Shown here piece by piece: positions 1 through 8,666 of a stretch of 64,000 bases of DNA (within the stretch, counting starts at the first letter, position 1; each line of letters starts with the position of its first letter). Position numbers and translations under genes: made by a program. Location: positions 44,604 to 108,603 of the forward strand of contig JBDKSP010000071.1 of NCBI GenBank assembly GCA_039680575.1, in the 5' to 3' direction. The stretch is from Armatimonadota bacterium. GTDB lineage: Bacteria; Armatimonadota; UBA5829; DTLH01. The notes beneath the pieces were generated by a model. The model did not search any database. It was not told the origin of the DNA and saw only the letters and a program-made list of their open reading frames with translations.

Positions 1-783
1 AAAGTAGGCGGAGCACAGGCAGTCGCAGCTATGGCTTATGGGACCAAAATGGTTCCCAAAGTCGATAAGATCGTGGGACCGGGAAACCCCTATGTAACCG
101 AAGCCAAGCGGCAGCTTTTCGGAATAGTCGGAATAGATATGATCGCCGGTCCGAGCGAGATCATGATAGTCGCGGACGAAAACGCCGATCCTCACTATGT
201 GGCAGCCGATATGATCTCGCAGGCCGAACACGCGGGAGACTCGAGATCGGTGCTGGTCACGGTGAGCAGGAAACTTGCCGATAGTGTCTTGGCCGAGATC
301 AAGCATCTGAAGACAATTACCCCGCGTAAGGAGATAGTCTCCGAGTCTCTCGCCGAAAACGGAGTCATAGTGATTGCGGGAACGCTCGAAGAGTCAGCTC
401 ATATCGTCAACCAGTTCGCTCCTGAGCATCTCGAGCTTATGGTCAGCGACCCGTGGGCGATGCTTCCTCTTATCAAAAACGCCGGAGCTATCCTGCTTGG
501 GGCTTATTCACCGGTCCCGCTCGGGGATTACGCTGCCGGTCCCAGCCATACGCTGCCGACCGGGGGCACGGCACGGTTCAGCTCGCCCGTGACAATCGAC
601 GATTTTCTGAAGAAAAGCAGTCTTATATCATATTCGAGGGATGCGCTGCGCGAAGCGGCGCCGACCGTCATAGACCTGGCTGAGGCCGAAGGGTTCTTTG
701 CCCATGCGGACTCAATCAAGGTCAGGGTCAATGGAAAGAAGGAGAGTCATGGCACGAACGGCGGAGATACACAGGCAGACTAA
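1..783 (+). CDS. hisD: Histidinol dehydrogenase (5'-truncated by window edge)
   Basis: Frame is open from base 1 (KVGGAQAVAAMAYGT). Motifs KIVGPGNPYV, IDMIAGPSE, SQAEH, APEHLE, GDYAAGPSHTLPT. Confidence 0.97.
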   Translation, partial: KVGGAQAVAAMAYGTKMVPKVDKIVGPGNPYVTEAKRQLFGIVGIDMIAGPSEIMIVADENADPHYVAADMISQAEHAGDSRSVLVTVSRKLADSVLAEIKHLKTITPRKEIVSESLAENGVIVIAGTLEESAHIVNQFAPEHLELMVSDPWAMLPLIKNAGAILLGAYSPVPLGDYAAGPSHTLPTGGTARFSSPVTIDDFLKKSSLISYSRDALREAAPTVIDLAEAEGFFAHADSIKVRVNGKKESHGTNGGDTQAD

Positions 784-1336
784 AGAGACCGATGTCCGAG
801 TAAAAGTCGAGTTGGACGGCGCGGGAGAGAGTTCCATAAGCACAGAGGTGGGATTTTTCGATCACATGCTGGACCAGTTGTCCCGCCATTCGCTGATCAA
901 CCTGGATGTGAAGGCATCCGGCGACCTGGAGATCGACCCTCATCACACTGTGGAGGATGTTGGAATCACGATCGGGCAGGCTATCGACAAGGCGCTCGGG
1001 ACCAAAGAAGGCATACGCCGCTACGGGTCAACTGTGGCCCCGATGGACGAGGCGCTCGTGATGTCCGCTATCGATATCAGCGGGCGCGGCCATCTCGAAT
1101 ACTCGCTCGATATTCCCGCCGAGATGATCGGTGACTTCCCCACCGACCTGGTGCAGGAGTTCTTTATATCGCTTGCGAGAAACGCAAAGATGACCATACA
1201 TATCCGTCAGCTTGGCGGTACAAACCCTCATCACATCGTAGAGGCCGCATTCAAGTCGTTCGCAAGATCGCTTGGCGAGGCTGTATCGATAAGTGATCGA
1301 ATAAAGGGTGTGCCGAGCACAAAAGGGTCACTCTAG
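749..1336 (+). CDS. hisB: Imidazoleglycerol-phosphate dehydratase
   Basis: RQTKETD, FFDHML, DPHHTVED, PMDEAL, NPHHIVEAAFK, VPSTKG. ATG at 749 follows AAGGAG. Confidence 0.97.
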   Translation: MARTAEIHRQTKETDVRVKVELDGAGESSISTEVGFFDHMLDQLSRHSLINLDVKASGDLEIDPHHTVEDVGITIGQAIDKALGTKEGIRRYGSTVAPMDEALVMSAIDISGRGHLEYSLDIPAEMIGDFPTDLVQEFFISLARNAKMTIHIRQLGGTNPHHIVEAAFKSFARSLGEAVSISDRIKGVPSTKGSL

Positions 1337-1340
1337 CTCC

Positions 1341-2183
1341 ATGCCAGACAGCGGACGGAGCAAAAAGCGTATAACTGTCGATGGCATAACGCTGGCTTAC
1401 GAAGATTACGGCCGGGGCAGGCCTGTAGTATTCGTCCATGGCGTTGCCGCGACCTCTTTTGCGTGGAATTCCGTTGCCGGGATGCTTTCAGACACCTGCA
1501 GAGCTGTCTGTTTCGACTTGATGGGGTTCGGTGACTCGGACAAACCGCGTAAAGAGTCGTATACCTACAGGCGGCAGGCTGAACTGCTCCTTGAGGCCAT
1601 TAATCAGCTCGGGCTGGAGCGCCCGGTGCTTGCCGGTCATTCGCTCGGCGGCGGAGTGTGCCTTGCGATACTTCAGGAGCTGGGAAATGCTCATCAAAAA
1701 GCCGTCTCCGGCCTGGTTTTGGTGGATACCGTCTGTTATCCGCAGAAGATCCCCGTGTTTCTGCGGTTTCTTAAGGTCCCCGTCCTGCCTGCGCTTGTTA
1801 TGAAGGTATTTCCGGAGGGATGGGGGATGAAACACTCAGCAAGGTCTGTATTCCAAAGAGACATGCAAAGCGAAAGCATCGATATATACACCCATGCACT
1901 CCAATCAAACGGGGCTCATTCCTCGCTTATAGCCACGGCGAAGAGCATCATACCGTCCAATCTGGACGACTTCGTGTCTTCCTACTCCCGCATATCCGTC
2001 CCGACGCGCATTATATGGGGCAGACACGACAATATCGTCCCGCTTGAGCTTGGCCGGAAGCTGGCGGAGGAAATTGGGACAGCTGGTTTTTATATAATCG
2101 AGGAATCAGGTCACTGCCCGCATGAAGAACGCCCCGAAGAGGTTGCCCGGTTAATCGGGTGTTTTTTGGAGGATCAGAGTTAA
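1341..2183 (+). CDS. Alpha/beta-fold hydrolase
   Basis: VFVHG oxyanion motif, DLMGFGDS, GHSLGG nucleophile elbow, WGRHD, GHCPHEE. Confidence 0.9.
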   Translation: MPDSGRSKKRITVDGITLAYEDYGRGRPVVFVHGVAATSFAWNSVAGMLSDTCRAVCFDLMGFGDSDKPRKESYTYRRQAELLLEAINQLGLERPVLAGHSLGGGVCLAILQELGNAHQKAVSGLVLVDTVCYPQKIPVFLRFLKVPVLPALVMKVFPEGWGMKHSARSVFQRDMQSESIDIYTHALQSNGAHSSLIATAKSIIPSNLDDFVSSYSRISVPTRIIWGRHDNIVPLELGRKLAEEIGTAGFYIIEESGHCPHEERPEEVARLIGCFLEDQS

Positions 2184-2453
2184 CACTTTGCGCCCGGCAG
2201 CCGTCTATACTTATTGAGTTTGCGGATTTTTGCCTCATCATTGACCGGAATCCCGCCCGCTAGAATAATCCGCCGTGAAAAGCAATGATTGGAGGGCATC
2301 ATTTCGGCTCTGCCGTGCGTATTAATTCTATGTGTTTCACGAACGAAGCTCTTGCAGCGGAGTCGACCACGACAGTAATATCAATTGAATGCGACAGCAT
2401 TGTCCGCACTTCTATTACCAATTTCAGTAGAAAATTTGGGAGATGGCTCATCA

Positions 2454-5400
2454 ATGTTAAAAAGACGTATCGGTATCTTTCTGGTAGCGGCATTCGTTAT
2501 TTCCATGATTGCCTCTATTGCACATGCCGGCAATTCCCCCGGCGTTACCAAAGAGGACTTGAAATACATAATGCCTCTATCGGAAGTCCGTGCTGGAATG
2601 AAAGGCTACGGACTGACGGTTTTCAAAGGGACCAAGATCGAAAAGTTTGATGTCGAGGTTCTTGGGATCCTCCGAAAAGCCAATAACGGCAGAGATCAAA
2701 TTTTCGTAAGGCTTGTCGGCGGCCCGGTAACGGAACGCAAGGCCAATATCATCCAGGGGATGAGCGGCAGCCCGGTCTATGTAAACGGCAGGATCATCGG
2801 CGCAGTCGCATACGGCCCCGCCTCGTTCTCCAGAGAACCGCTCGGGATGCTGACGCCGATAGAGGACCTGCTGGACGCGCTCGACCCGAAACTTCCGTCT
2901 CATCCATCAGGTCTTTCCAGCCCTGCATCGACCCAGCTCAGCACACCTCTCAATGTCGACGGAGAGCTCATAACCCGCATAGAGTTCAGGGATTCCACGT
3001 CCGCCGGTACCGCTCCGGCCAAGGGAACCCTCGTTATGACCCCGCTTATGACTCCGCTTATGGTAAGCGGAATGAGCAACCGGAGCATTGCCGGTCTCAG
3101 CAGTATATTCGCACCCTACGGAATGATCCCTATGGCCGGACCTGGGGCAAAGGCTGATCCTGTTCAGGTCGAACTCAAGCCGGGTTCATCCGTTGGGGTG
3201 TCGCTCATCACCGGAGACATCGATATGACCGGTGTGGGAACTGTCACTTACCGAAGAGGCAACAAAATTGTGGCATTCGGCCACCCTATGCTCGAAGTCG
3301 GTCCCATCGATGCGCCTATGACCACCGCATGGGTACACGATGTCTTCCCGGATTATGAAATCTCATTCAAGATCGCATCACCGATGAAGACCGTCGGTCG
3401 GATATTCGAAGACAGGCCGTGGTCCATCGGCGGAGAGATCGGCAAAATGCCCAGGATGATCCCCGTTACGGTGGATGTAGACGACAAAGCAATCGGCAGG
3501 AAGCGCACTTTGAACGTCAAGGTAATCAACCATCCTGCTCTCGCGCCGAAACTGATCTTGACAGCCGCATCGGAAGCCATCACCCAGGTACATGGAATAC
3601 CAAGCGATGCAATGGCTACGGTCGACCTCACGATAGATGCGGACCAGGTCGGTAAGATCGAGCGCAGGAATGTGTTTTTCAACCCATCGGAAATCGAAGT
3701 AGAGGCGATGGGTGACCTTCAGGACCTGCTCAGCATTCTGGCCGGAAACCGCTTCCATCCGGTGGATGTCAAGTCCGTCCACATGTCGGTCAAGATCGAA
3801 TCCGGACGCAAGACGGCGTCTATAGAACGGATATTTATCCCTAAAAACGAGTATCAACCCGGCGAGACGATCAATGTAGGCGTTGACCTCAGGCCGTATA
3901 AAGGTGAGAAGTTCACGAAGTTCATCAAGGTGAAGCTGCCGGAAAATATACCGGACGGCAAGCTCAGCCTGAAGGTTGCCGGCGGGATCGCCGGTGGAGA
4001 CAGCCAGACTATGGCGCTGAGCGCCATTGACGGTAACACCGCCAAGGTGTCTCCCGCAGCGGGCGGCGGTGCCGAAAACATTCGACAACTCATCGACAAG
4101 TATCTGGAACGCGATCAGAACAACGACCTGATCGCCAGGCTGCAGCTTCCGACTATGGCGCTGAATGTCGATGGAGAGAAGCTGACTGATCTTCCCGATT
4201 CCATCGCAAACGTGATGAAATCGACCAAAACTACCGGTCTCAAGCTGGAGCGCGATGAGATCAAAACCGTAGAGCAGATGGACTGCATCGTGACCGGCAC
4301 ACAGTCGCTTACTATCAAAGTCGAGAGCCCGCAGACGAATGAGAAACCGGCTTCGGACCAGCCGCAGGTAGCTCCGTCAGCACCGCCACAGCCCGCATCT
4401 TTGGCGTCCGCTGAGGATATCGCTCCTGTGGCTGACGGTTCTGAAGCATTCTATGCAAACCGGGCAATCGAGCTCCCTGAATTGTCGAATGTCCCGATGG
4501 CTGAGGTTTCGACCACCACCGAGATCGAAAAGAAGAGCGCTCCAACCGCGGCAAAACCGGCGAATGGGAATGGAGTCAAGTCAGAAGCGGCGTCCGGCGC
4601 AAAAACACCGGAAGCCAAGCCGGAACAAAAACCCGCGGCATCGAGTGAAGAAAAACCTGTAGGCAGGCAGCCGAGCGTCTGGAAACAGAGCAGCCTGAAA
4701 GAGTTCTCCGCTGGTAAGTTCGAGTCCACAGCGGCAACCGATGCCAACGACATCCGGCTGATCCAGGCAATGGACAAGCTCTCCGATCTGTCCGCGGACT
4801 ATGTATGGCAGGTAATCCCGGACGGTAACGGCGGAGCGTTCGCTGGCACAGGCAGCAACGGGATTATCTACAGGATAAATAAAAACGGCACAAGCTCCGT
4901 CTTCTTCAAGACCGGAGAACTTCAGGTACACAGTCTTGCAAGAGACTCCAAAGGAAATATCTATGCCGGGACATCGCCCAACGGCAAAATTTTCCAGATA
5001 AGCCCGGATGGCAAGGGTAAAGTGGTCTTCGACGCGGAGCAGAAGTATATAGTGGCGCTGGCCGCAGACGAAAGCGACAATGTATACGCCGCGACGGGCG
5101 ACGCCGGTATTATCTACAAGATCACTCCTTCGGAGCCGGCCAAAGAGTTCGTGAAGCTGCCCAAGGATTCCGTGCTTTCGCTTATAATCGGCAAGACTGG
5201 CAACCTCTATGCCGGTACCGGAAACGGCGGCGTGGTCTTTGAGATTACGCCTGATGGGACTGCTTCTCCGGTCTACAACGCATCGGAAGATTCCATAACA
5301 AGCCTTGCGGCGGACGGACTCGGCAATATTTATGCAGGTACCGGATCGAGCAAGGGTATGATCTACAGGATCTCCCAGTCAGGGACGGCCAAGCCTGTGT

Positions 5401-6827
5401 TCGACAGAGCGCCGCATGCGCTTTCGCTCGCCGCAGACCACGATAACAATGTGTATGTGGCTTCCGATGAACAGATATTCAAGATACTGCCCGACGAGAC
5501 GACAGCGGCTCTCGACACCCGAGACTCAGGTGCGCAGTTTGTATCGCTTGCAATCACTTCGGACGGCGCGCTCTTCGCGGGTACGGCCAATATGGGATCG
5601 GTCTACAGTTCAACGGCTCCGGTCAACGGGACTTACACATCGTCCGTTCATGACGCGGGACTGATGTCTAGATGGGGACGGATAAGCTGGATTGCCCAAA
5701 ACCCTGAGGGGTCGTCGATTATGCTGCAGACAAGGTCCGGCAACATAGCGAAGCCTGACAAAACATGGAGTGAATGGTCAGCAGCTTATACGAATGCGTC
5801 CGGGCAGGCAATCGACGGTCCCGCCGGTCGCTACATCCAGTACAGAGCGTTTTTGAGCGGTCCCAAAGCGTCTTCGCCGGTACTAGACCAGGTGAGCATC
5901 ACATATCTGACTGAGAACCAGGCACCTCTGGTTTCTATCAGTGAACCAGCCGCAGGGTCTATCGTAAGCAAGACCCAGACTATTAAATGGGCTGCGATGG
6001 ACCCTGACAAGGACTCACTGTCTTACGATCTTTACTACTCAGCCAACGAAGGCAAGACCTGGCGCACCCTTACGAGCGGCGTAAAGCAGGCTGGAGAGGC
6101 AACACCTGCCGCGCCCAAGCCCGAGGCGCAGCAGCAGACCAGGCCTAAATCATCCGAAGTGATGAGTATCGACCTGGGCGCGCTCTTGAAGTCGTCGAAG
6201 AACACGGATGAAGTGATTACGAAGATCAAAGCCGAGTTGGACAAGCACCCTGAAATTACCCCTGAAGCAAAAGCCCGGATTCTCTCTCAGGCTCCGGCTG
6301 CGATAGCTAAGGTAATCAGCGCCAGTGCAGGCCAGAGCTCTCCGCCCGCGGCCAAACCGGCGGGCAGTCCATCCGAGAACAGTTCGACCAGGCAGACAAG
6401 CTACAGTTGGGACACGGCAAAAGTCCATGACGGGTCTTACACGATAAAGGTAGTTGCGAGCGATAGAGTGAGCAATGCGGTGGGATTCCTTACGGGTGAG
6501 AAGGTGGTCGGTCCGATCATCGTTTCCAACAGGCCGCCTAAGGTGGAAGTGCTCAAGAAAGATGCCAAGATCGGTTCAGACCGCAGCGTCAGCTTCAATG
6601 GTTCCGCTTACAACGACTCAATTGCGATCGCCGGCGTTCAGTACAGGATCGATAACGGCGATTGGATGGCTGCGGCGGCAGCGGACGGAATATTCGATTC
6701 CCCGACCGAACCGTTTGTCGTTGTCACTCAGCCGGTCGATTTGGGTAAGCACACTGTGGAAGTCAAGGTCATTGACGCAGCAGGAAACTCCAACTCGATC
6801 AAATTCCCGTTGGAAATTGCCAAGTAG
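2454..6827 (+). CDS. Secreted SpoIVB-like peptidase S55 fused to beta-propeller and Ig/FN3-like domains
   Basis: Signal peptide MLKRRIGIFL...AHA. IIQGMSGSPV...IGAV and AFGHP of S55. P/A/E/K-rich linker. Repeated D..GN.YAGT propeller blades. C-terminal NQAP/NRPP Ig-like modules. Confidence 0.8.
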   Translation: MLKRRIGIFLVAAFVISMIASIAHAGNSPGVTKEDLKYIMPLSEVRAGMKGYGLTVFKGTKIEKFDVEVLGILRKANNGRDQIFVRLVGGPVTERKANIIQGMSGSPVYVNGRIIGAVAYGPASFSREPLGMLTPIEDLLDALDPKLPSHPSGLSSPASTQLSTPLNVDGELITRIEFRDSTSAGTAPAKGTLVMTPLMTPLMVSGMSNRSIAGLSSIFAPYGMIPMAGPGAKADPVQVELKPGSSVGVSLITGDIDMTGVGTVTYRRGNKIVAFGHPMLEVGPIDAPMTTAWVHDVFPDYEISFKIASPMKTVGRIFEDRPWSIGGEIGKMPRMIPVTVDVDDKAIGRKRTLNVKVINHPALAPKLILTAASEAITQVHGIPSDAMATVDLTIDADQVGKIERRNVFFNPSEIEVEAMGDLQDLLSILAGNRFHPVDVKSVHMSVKIESGRKTASIERIFIPKNEYQPGETINVGVDLRPYKGEKFTKFIKVKLPENIPDGKLSLKVAGGIAGGDSQTMALSAIDGNTAKVSPAAGGGAENIRQLIDKYLERDQNNDLIARLQLPTMALNVDGEKLTDLPDSIANVMKSTKTTGLKLERDEIKTVEQMDCIVTGTQSLTIKVESPQTNEKPASDQPQVAPSAPPQPASLASAEDIAPVADGSEAFYANRAIELPELSNVPMAEVSTTTEIEKKSAPTAAKPANGNGVKSEAASGAKTPEAKPEQKPAASSEEKPVGRQPSVWKQSSLKEFSAGKFESTAATDANDIRLIQAMDKLSDLSADYVWQVIPDGNGGAFAGTGSNGIIYRINKNGTSSVFFKTGELQVHSLARDSKGNIYAGTSPNGKIFQISPDGKGKVVFDAEQKYIVALAADESDNVYAATGDAGIIYKITPSEPAKEFVKLPKDSVLSLIIGKTGNLYAGTGNGGVVFEITPDGTASPVYNASEDSITSLAADGLGNIYAGTGSSKGMIYRISQSGTAKPVFDRAPHALSLAADHDNNVYVASDEQIFKILPDETTAALDTRDSGAQFVSLAITSDGALFAGTANMGSVYSSTAPVNGTYTSSVHDAGLMSRWGRISWIAQNPEGSSIMLQTRSGNIAKPDKTWSEWSAAYTNASGQAIDGPAGRYIQYRAFLSGPKASSPVLDQVSITYLTENQAPLVSISEPAAGSIVSKTQTIKWAAMDPDKDSLSYDLYYSANEGKTWRTLTSGVKQAGEATPAAPKPEAQQQTRPKSSEVMSIDLGALLKSSKNTDEVITKIKAELDKHPEITPEAKARILSQAPAAIAKVISASAGQSSPPAAKPAGSPSENSSTRQTSYSWDTAKVHDGSYTIKVVASDRVSNAVGFLTGEKVVGPIIVSNRPPKVEVLKKDAKIGSDRSVSFNGSAYNDSIAIAGVQYRIDNGDWMAAAAADGIFDSPTEPFVVVTQPVDLGKHTVEVKVIDAAGNSNSIKFPLEIAK

Positions 6828-6836
6828 CATCAAAAC

Positions 6837-6874
6837 ACCCGGCTGCAGCAGGTTTAACTAATCTGCGGCCGGGT
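6837..6874 (+). terminator. Hairpin after the S55 gene (possible terminator), overlapping a promoter
   Basis: ACCCGGCTGCAG (6837-6848) pairs with CTGCGGCCGGGT (6863-6874), with one G-U. No U-tract. Confidence 0.4.
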
Positions 6875-6876
6875 AT
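6852..6876 (+). promoter_or_regulatory. SigB/SigF-type (general stress) promoter
   Basis: GTTTAA-N13-GGGTAT is an exact match to the B. subtilis SigB consensus. TATAAT overlaps at 6874-6879. Confidence 0.6.
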
Positions 6877-6896
6877 AATATAAACGAGATACCAGT

Positions 6897-6993
6897 AAGC
6901 TCCGTTCCTGCATATGGTTCTCCCTAACGACTTCTCTGGTTAAGCCAGGGATGAAAGAGATGGGAGTAAAACCCAGGCGCAGGAGCGGAGCTT
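6897..6993 (+). ncRNA. Putative structured small RNA, family unrecognised
   Basis: 15-bp closing stem (6897-6911/6979-6993), inner helices GGTT/AACC, CTCCC/GGGAG, TCTCTGGT/GCCAGGGA. The non-Watson-Crick pairs in these helices are all G-U on the + strand. Promoter directly upstream. Confidence 0.5.
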
Positions 6994-7004
6994 CATATTT
7001 GCGC

Positions 7005-7784
7005 TTATGGCTGTATCGTATCCCACAGCGTCCGAAGTTTCTCCCGGCTGATCGTCAGATAATCCGGGTCGTCCCCGAAGACTTCTATCGTGATCCGGTC
7101 GTCGTAACCGGCGTTCTTCAGGATTTTCACCACCCAGGCCCAGTTGATATTTCCTACCCCAAGCGGCAGATGCAAATCATCACGCCCTCCCCTGTTGTCG
7201 GAGACATGCACATGACACAGCCTGTCGCCGAAGTTTGCGACAAGCTCCTCTGTGCGGTTGTAAGGCGTGTCCAGGTGGGCATGGCCTACATCCAGATGGA
7301 ACCCCGCGCCGGGTACGGCATCGAGCAACTTCCTTAACTCTATTGACCGGCTGAAGTGGGAGGTATTTTCGACTATGATCCTCATCCCGAGGCGGTCGGC
7401 GACGGAGACCAGGCGGGACAGCGTCGCTATGTTCTGGCTCATAATCCAGTTCCAGTCGTGGAGCGGCGCGACGGTGTGTGGGTGAATATTCATCATTTTT
7501 GCGCCAAGTTCGTGGAATATCCTGAGGCATCTCTCGAACTCTCTCAGGACCACTTCGCGTATCTCAGGAAACGGGCTCGCTATCTGCAGATACCACGCAG
7601 TATGGCCGATGACCCCAAGCCCGGTACGGTCCAGTGCCTTACGGACATCGCGTGTGGGAAAAGTCCCGGAATATGCTGCCTGCGGTTCCATTGTCAGATC
7701 GATGAAGTCGAAGCCGAGACCGGCAATCGCCTCGATCTCCTCCACGACATCGATCATGGGGTTATTCATTGCTCCAAGTAGCAT
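7005..7784 (-). CDS. Sugar-phosphate isomerase/epimerase / endonuclease IV-like TIM-barrel protein
   Basis: Metal-ligand motifs IVEN, HLDVGH, HVHVSDN...DDLHLPLGVG, ITIE. Confidence 0.85.
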   Translation of the reverse strand: MLLGAMNNPMIDVVEEIEAIAGLGFDFIDLTMEPQAAYSGTFPTRDVRKALDRTGLGVIGHTAWYLQIASPFPEIREVVLREFERCLRIFHELGAKMMNIHPHTVAPLHDWNWIMSQNIATLSRLVSVADRLGMRIIVENTSHFSRSIELRKLLDAVPGAGFHLDVGHAHLDTPYNRTEELVANFGDRLCHVHVSDNRGGRDDLHLPLGVGNINWAWVVKILKNAGYDDRITIEVFGDDPDYLTISREKLRTLWDTIQP

Positions 7785-8494
7785 TTATTTTCCGGCCTCG
7801 AATGAATCCAGGGATCAAGCAGGTTCTCGCGGGAGGGGCTGTCCGGGGCAGGCTTGTATTCCAGCCTCCTTCTCGCCAACTCCCGGCGAATTTCGACGGG
7901 AACACAGGTGCTTTCCGCTGGAAACTGCCAATCGAATACATCGATAACGCCTGCGAAAAGCAGCCAGTGCTCTCCAAGCATACTGAGCAGCCGGTTCCAA
8001 TCGAATGTGGTACAGTTGGCCTTGAAAATTCTCATTATATCAGGCCAGTCGCACCGGTGCTTGTTCATTGTAAATATTTTGGAGTGGACAAGCTCTTCTA
8101 CCGGCATGAATTTGAGAGAGACGCCAAGAAATTCGCCTTCCTTGCCTCGCTCTATCCAATCATCCGCAACAGTAGTGACCCGGTTTGCGAACTTGAAGAT
8201 AACATCGACGATAATATCGCCTTTTACCGCATGGTGTATCCACTCGCGGTCGCCCTCAGCCTGCTCCCCCAAGTCTTCGAACCCGGCTGCCGTCAACGCA
8301 TCCACTGCAGGCGGTACATTCTCAGGCGTGGTAAAGACATCTATGTCGTGAGTGTCGCGCCATCTGCCGGTATAGAACCAGACAGCGAACGCCCCACCCA
8401 AAACGAACGGGACCTCATGCTCGGCGAGAGATTCCAGCGCCTGAACATATACATCCCTGTGCTCAACCGACACGAAGTGCTCAGCTTGTGCCAA
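7766..8494 (-). CDS. Nucleotidyltransferase-family protein (Pol beta superfamily)
   Basis: VLGGAFA...RDTHDIDVF (GG..DxD), third Asp in VDVIF. TTG start after GGAGG. 3' end overlaps the start of the TIM-barrel gene. Confidence 0.8.
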   Translation of the reverse strand: MAQAEHFVSVEHRDVYVQALESLAEHEVPFVLGGAFAVWFYTGRWRDTHDIDVFTTPENVPPAVDALTAAGFEDLGEQAEGDREWIHHAVKGDIIVDVIFKFANRVTTVADDWIERGKEGEFLGVSLKFMPVEELVHSKIFTMNKHRCDWPDIMRIFKANCTTFDWNRLLSMLGEHWLLFAGVIDVFDWQFPAESTCVPVEIRRELARRRLEYKPAPDSPSRENLLDPWIHSRPENKCYLEQ

Positions 8495-8530
8495 CTGTAA
8501 AAGCCTCCATTGTTACAATCCGGCTTTAGG

Positions 8531-8557
8531 TTACCCGATGGTAGAGCAGCACGAAAC
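8531..8557 (-). promoter_or_regulatory. SigB/SigF-type promoter for the NTase-TIM barrel operon
   Basis: Minus strand GTTTCG-N15-GGGTAA, ~37 nt upstream of the start codon. Confidence 0.5.
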
Positions 8558-8666
8558 TATAGATTTTCGGCAATAGTGGAAAACGGTATTTTATGGCTGA
8601 CTGCTGCGCTTATAGTAGCTCCATTTTATTGGGTTTCGGGTGAAACGATATTTATTATTCGTCACA

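Noticed and set aside
749..783. hisD/hisB 35-nt overlap as a frameshift
   Set aside because: Both proteins are complete. The hisD tail is a short extension over the hisB start.
6897..6993. SRP RNA, 6S RNA, tRNA-Sec or retron msr-msd as the identity of the hairpin
   Set aside because: No CAGG..GGAA..GCAG SRP motif, too short for typical 6S, no cloverleaf or TTCGA arm, and no reverse transcriptase in the window.
6951..8500. Plus-strand ORFs 6951-7337, 7356-7781 and 7769-8500
   Set aside because: Antisense shadows of well-supported minus-strand genes, with no recognisable motifs.
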